64,000 bases of DNA from Syntrophales bacterium (GTDB taxonomy: Bacteria > Desulfobacterota > Syntrophia > Syntrophales > UBA2192), in NCBI GenBank assembly GCA_035450185.1, contig DAOTMG010000006.1, forward strand, positions 27,905 through 91,904. Direction: 5' to 3'. The notes under the pieces are model-generated. The model searched no databases. It was not told the origin of the DNA and worked only from the letters and a program-made list of their open reading frames with translations. The position numbers and the translations under genes are program-made. Shown one piece after another: positions 59,676-64,000 of the stretch (positions within the stretch are counted from its first letter, which is position 1; each line of letters starts with the position of its first letter).

Positions 59676-60998
59676 ATGAAGCAGACGAAGTGGCTCTTGG
59701 GGATCTTCGGTCTCGTGCTGATCGCGCTGACCGGCTGGGGGGTTTATGTTTTCTTCGAATGGGAAAAACCGACGCTCTCCCTCGAGGGGGAGATGGACGT
59801 CCTGGGGCCGGAGAAGAACATCACTTTCACGGCCATCGATCGCAGAAGCGGGATCCGCGAGATCCAGGTCACTCTGACCCAGGACGGCGTGACCCACACC
59901 CTCCTTTCCCGTCCCTACCCGCAGAAAGGCCTTCAGGAGGAAACGGTTCGGATGGAGGCGCCGCTGAAGGGGACCACCCTTCGGGAGGGCGATGCCGTCC
60001 TCGGCGTCGTCCTGACCGATCATTCCCTGCTGAGAAACACGACGAGAACCAACTTCCACGTCCGGATCGACCGGACCCCGCCCCGGGTCTTTCTCCTGAA
60101 CACCGCCAACAACGTCAACCCCGGAGGGACCGGCGTCGCCGTTTACGGGGCTTCCGAGGAACTCGCTGCAAGCGGCGTCCAGGTGGAAGAGAACTTCTTC
60201 AGGGGTTTCCCCGTCACCCTGGCGGGGAAATCCTGCTACCTGAGCGCTTTCGCCCTGCCCCTCGATGCCGACAAGAAAAAGATCCGGATGACCCTGACGG
60301 CCGAAGACAAGGCCGGCAACCGGGCCGCGACGGGGCTTCCCGCTTTCATCCGAAAAAAAAAGTTCCGTTCGGACCAGGTCAATCTCAGTCAGAATTTCCT
60401 GGATCAGAAGATGCCGGAATTCGCCCAGAGGTACGCGCTGCAGTCAAAGACCCCCCTCGAGGTCTTCCTCTACGTCAATGGCCCGCTCCGCGAGGAGAAC
60501 AACAGGCAGATCGCCGCCATCTGCAGGAACTCGACGGGCAGAAAACTCTGGGAAGGACCCTTCCTGCGAATGAAGAACGCGGCCCCCATGGCCTCTTTCG
60601 GCGATGACCGGACCTACCTCCATGACGGCAAGGCCGTCGCGAAGAGCCTCCACCTGGGTGTCGACCTCGCCTCGACGGAGCGGGCGACCATCGAGGCGGC
60701 CAACCACGGCGTCGTTCTCTTCGCCGGCTATCTCGGCATTTACGGAAACACCGTCGTCCTCGACCACGGACTGGGGCTCACCAGCCTCTACGGCCATCTG
60801 TCCGAAATCTCGGTCCGGGAAGGGCAGGAGGTCAAAAAGGGGGATCCCCTGGGTCTCAGCGGTTCAACGGGGTTTGCCGGCGGCGACCACCTGCACTTTT
60901 CCATCCTGGTCGGGGGGATCTTCGTGAACCCCGTCGAGTGGTGGGACCCTCACTGGCTGAAGGACAACGTGGACAGCAAAATGGCCCCGGCGCCCTAA
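59676..60998 (+). CDS. M23 family metallopeptidase with N-terminal membrane anchor
   Basis: 440 aa with an N-terminal TM helix, and HLGVDLAS and [12 protein letters not shown] motifs. Its stop overlaps the convergent rapZ stop by 4 nt. Confidence 0.9.
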   Translation: MKQTKWLLGIFGLVLIALTGWGVYVFFEWEKPTLSLEGEMDVLGPEKNITFTAIDRRSGIREIQVTLTQDGVTHTLLSRPYPQKGLQEETVRMEAPLKGTTLREGDAVLGVVLTDHSLLRNTTRTNFHVRIDRTPPRVFLLNTANNVNPGGTGVAVYGASEELAASGVQVEENFFRGFPVTLAGKSCYLSAFALPLDADKKKIRMTLTAEDKAGNRAATGLPAFIRKKKFRSDQVNLSQNFLDQKMPEFAQRYALQSKTPLEVFLYVNGPLREENNRQIAAICRNSTGRKLWEGPFLRMKNAAPMASFGDDRTYLHDGKAVAKSLHLGVDLASTERATIEAANHGVVLFAGYLGIYGNTVVLDHGLGLTSLYGHLSEISVREGQEVKKGDPLGLSGSTGFAGGDHLHFSILVGGIFVNPVEWWDPHWLKDNVDSKMAPAP

Positions 60999-61864
60999 CT
61001 CCGGTGGACGTCGCGGTGCTGGATATTGACGAGGAAATTCCGTGCCGAGAAGTAGCCGCCGATCCGATTCGCCATGACGACGGACCGGTGCTTGCCGCCG
61101 GTGCACCCGAGGGCGATGTTCAGGCTGGACTTTCCCTCCTTTTCATACAGGGGGATGAGAAATTCCATGAGCTTGAAAAGCTCCTGCAGAAAGGTGGCGC
61201 TCTCCTCCCACCCCATGACGTAGTCCTCCACCCTGGGGTTGTTGCCGTCGATGTTCTTGAGATCCTCGACGAAATAGGGGTTCGGCAGGAATCGCACATC
61301 GAGGACGATGTCCGCGTCGGGCGGCAGCCCGTAGCGGTATCCGAAAGAAGTCAGGTTGATCACCAGCCTCTTGTCGGCCGGCGACGTCATGAAATGCCTC
61401 TGGATGACCTCCTTGAGCTGGTGGACATTGAAGGAGGAGGTATCGATGACCTTGTCGGCCATCTTTTTCAGGTTCGAAAGACGCTCCCGCTCCAGCGCGA
61501 TCCCCTCCATCACGGTGCCCTTCTCGCAGAGGGGGTGGGCTCTGCGGGTTTCGCTGAACCGCCGGAGCAGCGCTTCGCTGGACGCGTCCAGGAAGACGAT
61601 CTCCACCCGGTAGCCCTTGTCCTTCAACTGCTGAAAGGTCTCCATGTAGCGGTCCAGAAAGGACCTCTCCCGGATGTCCATCACGAAAGCGACCTTGGAG
61701 ATCTCGCTGCCGGCTTCCGTCTGAATCTCGAGAAATTTCGGCAGGAGGACGACGGGCAGGTTGTCCACGCAGAAGAAGCCGATGTCCTCCAGTGCGCGGA
61801 GCGCCGTGCTCTTTCCCGAGCCCGACAGACCCGTCACGATCACGATCCGGACGTTCGTCATCAT
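60995..61864 (-). CDS. rapZ: RNase adapter protein RapZ (YhbJ)
   Basis: 289 aa with [30 protein letters not shown] and a C-terminal CTGGKHRSV. Confidence 0.95.
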   Translation of the reverse strand: MMTNVRIVIVTGLSGSGKSTALRALEDIGFFCVDNLPVVLLPKFLEIQTEAGSEISKVAFVMDIRERSFLDRYMETFQQLKDKGYRVEIVFLDASSEALLRRFSETRRAHPLCEKGTVMEGIALERERLSNLKKMADKVIDTSSFNVHQLKEVIQRHFMTSPADKRLVINLTSFGYRYGLPPDADIVLDVRFLPNPYFVEDLKNIDGNNPRVEDYVMGWEESATFLQELFKLMEFLIPLYEKEGKSSLNIALGCTGGKHRSVVMANRIGGYFSARNFLVNIQHRDVHRS

Positions 61865-62178
61865 CGATTCCCCTTCGTTTTCTTCCGTCGCCCTATGTCG
61901 TTCGCGCCGCTCCCGGCGGTCCCGGCCGGACGGTCGCCGCTCCTTGCGTGCGGCATGATCGGCAGTCCGGAAGCATCGACGAAGGTCGCTCCGCGGGAGC
62001 CGCCGGGCGCCTTCTCGAGCCGCAGGTTGTCCTCGGGAATCCGTGGGGGAGGATGCTTCAAAATGGGATGCCGGGGGGCGAAGGCGATGCTCAGCAACCC
62101 CGGCCGTTCGGGAACCCGACGGATCCCCCGCCTCTTCTCGTCGCCTTCCACGGGATCTTGGAGGGATAGCGATGACAT
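61861..62178 (-). CDS. Hypothetical Pro/Arg/Gly-rich 105-aa protein between ptsN and rapZ
   Basis: It is the only long same-strand (minus-strand) ORF in a 400-bp gap of a tight operon. GGGGAG lies 6 nt upstream of ATG 62178. Its stop overlaps the rapZ ATG (ATGA). Hand-counted GC3 is about 77 percent, which is coding-like. No recognisable domain; low-complexity sequence. Confidence 0.45.
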   Translation of the reverse strand: MSSLSLQDPVEGDEKRRGIRRVPERPGLLSIAFAPRHPILKHPPPRIPEDNLRLEKAPGGSRGATFVDASGLPIMPHARSGDRPAGTAGSGANDIGRRKKTKGNR

Positions 62179-62268
62179 TCGAGACTCCCCGTCGCGGTCG
62201 GTGCCGGGGTCGAGGCCGCAGGCCCGTGGGTTGGGAGGAATCTACGGCATCACAGGGGTTTCAGGGCT

Positions 62269-62730
62269 TCAGTACGCTTCATCCTTTTCCATAATGGCTG
62301 CGTAGAGGACCTCGGCGTTCGGAGCGGACAGGAGCTCCGACCGGAAATGCTCGTCCTTGAGCATCCTGGAGATCTTCGCCAGGGCCTTCAGGTGCTGTCC
62401 CGTGGAACTCTCCGGGGCCATGAGAAGGAAGAAGAGGTGAACGGGTCTGCCGTCGATGGCCTCGAAGTCGATTCCCTCCCGGCTCCGTCCGAAGGAAAGC
62501 AGCAGGGTGTCCAGACCCTTGAGCTTGCCGTGGGGGATGGCAATGCCGTCGCCGATGCCCGTGCTGCCCAGTTTCTCCCGCTCCATCAGGACATCGACCA
62601 TCTGCTTCGTGTCCACCTGGATGCCCCCCTGCGCAAAGGCCCCCGCGAGCTCCGCGAGAACGCCGCGCTTGCTCCTGGATTTCAAATCCTCGATGATGAA
62701 TTCTTTTCTGAAGATTTCGGAAAGGTGCAT
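62269..62730 (-). CDS. ptsN: PTS IIA-Ntr (nitrogen regulatory IIA protein)
   Basis: 153 aa with STGIGDGIAIPHGK (phosphorylatable His). In rpoN cluster context. Confidence 0.93.
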   Translation of the reverse strand: MHLSEIFRKEFIIEDLKSRSKRGVLAELAGAFAQGGIQVDTKQMVDVLMEREKLGSTGIGDGIAIPHGKLKGLDTLLLSFGRSREGIDFEAIDGRPVHLFFLLMAPESSTGQHLKALAKISRMLKDEHFRSELLSAPNAEVLYAAIMEKDEAY

Positions 62731-62746
62731 GACACCATCTCAGGAT

Positions 62747-63283
62747 CTAACTGTTCGCCTCGATCAGCGCATAGGCCCCGTCATCCCTTCGGTAGATGAC
62801 GTGGATGTTCTCGGAACTCGAATCCCGGTAGATCACGAAGCGGTTCTTCGAGTCCTCCATCTCCATGATGGCTTCATCGAGGGACATGGGCCTGAGGATC
62901 ATCCGCCGGGTCTCGACGATTCTCAGCCGGGCCGGTTCCTCGTCGGCCTCCTCTTCGGGGTTGGGTGCGGGGAGGCCGCCGCCCCGGACGTTCGACTTGT
63001 GCCCCCTGATCTTTTCCTTGTGTTTCTTCATCTGGCGCTCGATCTTGTCGATCACCGTGTCGACGGCCAGCTGCATGTCCTTGGCTTCTTCCTTGCCGTT
63101 GATGCTGACCCCCTTGGCGGTCAGATTCACCTCGGCCACATTTCGGAACTTCTCCACGGAAAGGACGACGTGGGCCTCCAGGGGCTTGTCGATATATTTC
63201 TGAAGTTTTTTCAGCCGCTCTGTAATGTACTCTTTGAACCAATCTTCCGATCCGGTGTTCCTGAACGTCACGGAAACCTGCAT
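62747..63283 (-). CDS. hpf: Ribosome hibernation promoting factor (long form)
   Basis: 178 aa with MQVSVTFRNTGSEDWFKEYITERLKKLQKY and a C-terminal dimerisation domain (FVIYRDSSSENIHVIYRRDDGAYALIE). Confidence 0.94.
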   Translation of the reverse strand: MQVSVTFRNTGSEDWFKEYITERLKKLQKYIDKPLEAHVVLSVEKFRNVAEVNLTAKGVSINGKEEAKDMQLAVDTVIDKIERQMKKHKEKIRGHKSNVRGGGLPAPNPEEEADEEPARLRIVETRRMILRPMSLDEAIMEMEDSKNRFVIYRDSSSENIHVIYRRDDGAYALIEANS

Positions 63284-63364
63284 CCCCGATGCCTCCTCGT
63301 CGGCGGATTGACCGCCGGTTTCTTTCCCGGGTGCTGATCGGACGTCCCGATCAAGGAAAGTCCG

Positions 63365-63393
63365 TCTATAGTGAAGTCGACTCGAAATGTCAA
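63365..63393 (-). promoter_or_regulatory. Sigma70-like promoter for hpf-ptsN-(ORF)-rapZ, with a hairpin in the 5' UTR
   Basis: Minus strand TTGACA (63393-63388), 17 nt spacer, TATAGA (63370-63365). The downstream leader carries UGAUCGG-GACGU-CCGAUCA (63353-63335). Confidence 0.5.
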
Positions 63394-63546
63394 CGATTTT
63401 TTCAACAAACCGGATCCTGCGGTTTCCCTATGGAAATCGGCCCCTTGGAGGCGGATTCCGGCCCAGGGCGCCGCGGTCGGCCCCGCCCCGGCGCATCCCT
63501 CTCCCTTCAGGTTGTATCGGGTGATTTTTGATTTTCCTGAGGGACA

Positions 63547-64000
63547 TCAGGCCTTGGGTTTCAAGAAATATTTTTTCCTCTTGGAGGAAGGCAGGATCCC
63601 CATCATCTCCCGGTATTTGGCGACGGTCCTCCGGGCGATGGCGATGCCGTTCGCGCTCAGCCTTTCGACGATCTCACTGTCGCTCAGCGGTTTCCGGGCA
63701 TCTTCCGTGCTGATGATCCTGCGGATGTCTTCCTGGACGCTCTTGGAGGCAATGAAATCGCCGCTGGTCTTGCTGATGCTGCTGTTGAAAAAATACTTGA
63801 GTTCGAAGATGCCCCTCGGCGTGTGGACATACTTGTTGGTCGTCACCCGGCTGATCGTGGATTCGTGCATTTCCACGTCATCGGCCACGTCCCGCAGGAC
63901 CAGGGGTCTGAGGTAATTGATCCCGCGGTCGAAAAACTCTCGCTGAAACTTGACGATGCTCTCGGTGACCTTGTAGATCGTCCTCTGCCTCTGCTGGATG
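63547..64000 (-). CDS. rpoN: RNA polymerase sigma-54 factor, C-terminal part (5' end beyond window)
   Basis: The frame stays open to the window edge: ...IQQRQRTIYKVTESIVKFQREFFDRGINYLRPLVLRDVADDVEMHESTISRVTTNKYVHTPRGIFELKYFF, with the RpoN box ARRTVAKYRE. Confidence 0.95.
   Translation of the reverse strand, partial: IQQRQRTIYKVTESIVKFQREFFDRGINYLRPLVLRDVADDVEMHESTISRVTTNKYVHTPRGIFELKYFFNSSISKTSGDFIASKSVQEDIRRIISTEDARKPLSDSEIVERLSANGIAIARRTVAKYREMMGILPSSKRKKYFLKPKA

Noticed and set aside
61921-61968. [15 protein letters not shown] in the orphan ORF resembles the HPr/NPr His15 motif G(I/L)HARPA
   Set aside because: The motif is interrupted and lies near the C-terminus, about 25 residues before the stop. 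In HPr it lies about 15 residues from the N-terminus. No room is left for an HPr fold before rapZ starts, so this is probably coincidence in Pro/Arg/Gly-rich sequence.
63396-63546. GC-rich imperfect hairpins downstream of rpoN (e.g. CCGGAAUCC...GGAUCCGG followed by UUUGUUG) as a possible sRNA or riboswitch
   Set aside because: The structures are imperfect, I recognised no conserved riboswitch core, and the position fits a plain rpoN terminator followed by the hpf promoter. I left it unannotated rather than over-call it.

Overview
High-GC, very gene-dense chromosomal core segment: about 65 protein genes, one tRNA, no rRNA. Gene content suggests a Gram-negative, probably deltaproteobacterium-like anaerobe. 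This is inferred from a two-subunit pyruvate carboxylase, the MEP-pathway genes dxr and ispG, LapA, the rpoN-hpf-ptsN-rapZ cluster, and an adenylate kinase lid of the type described for Desulfovibrio. Coordinates 11.0-37.4 kb form one long minus-strand array of housekeeping genes: rpsB-tsf-pyrH-frr-uppS-cdsA-dxr-rseP-tsaB, psd-pssA, asd, rsmD-coaD, an aminotransferase, a purF-like gene, ispG-proS-relA, an amidase, rph-rdgB, tRNA-Pro, plus secA and argJ. Many neighbours are joined by ATGA or TGATG stop/start overlaps. The rest holds a Liv-type ABC transporter operon with an embedded acyl-CoA synthetase (1-5954), pycAB, an EF-G paralog, ligA, adk, adenine deaminase, NfeD-stomatin, coaBC, and the sigma-54 cluster at the right edge. 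I found no CRISPR array, transposase, integrase, prophage, toxin-antitoxin or recognisable defence genes, so I cannot point to a novel multi-gene system. The strongest non-obvious signal lies in the 388-bp region upstream of the ABC/acyl-CoA-synthetase operon. It contains a sigma70-like promoter, a 26-codon leader ORF with 7 Phe codons in 11 positions, mutually exclusive helices, and two tandem intrinsic terminators. Together these look like a Phe-sensing ribosome-mediated attenuator. Secondary observations: a PurF paralog lacking the Cys1 nucleophile; a probable homopolymer frameshift in a DUF192 gene; an orphan Pro/Arg/Gly-rich ORF between ptsN and rapZ; inverted arrays of 8-nt-period GAAG repeats between rdgB and tRNA-Pro; and a small ORF translationally coupled to ligA. 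The many long antisense ORFs in the track are GC-driven shadow ORFs. The ORF track translates some TTG/GTG starts as M, and several N-terminal extensions were trimmed after checking the DNA.
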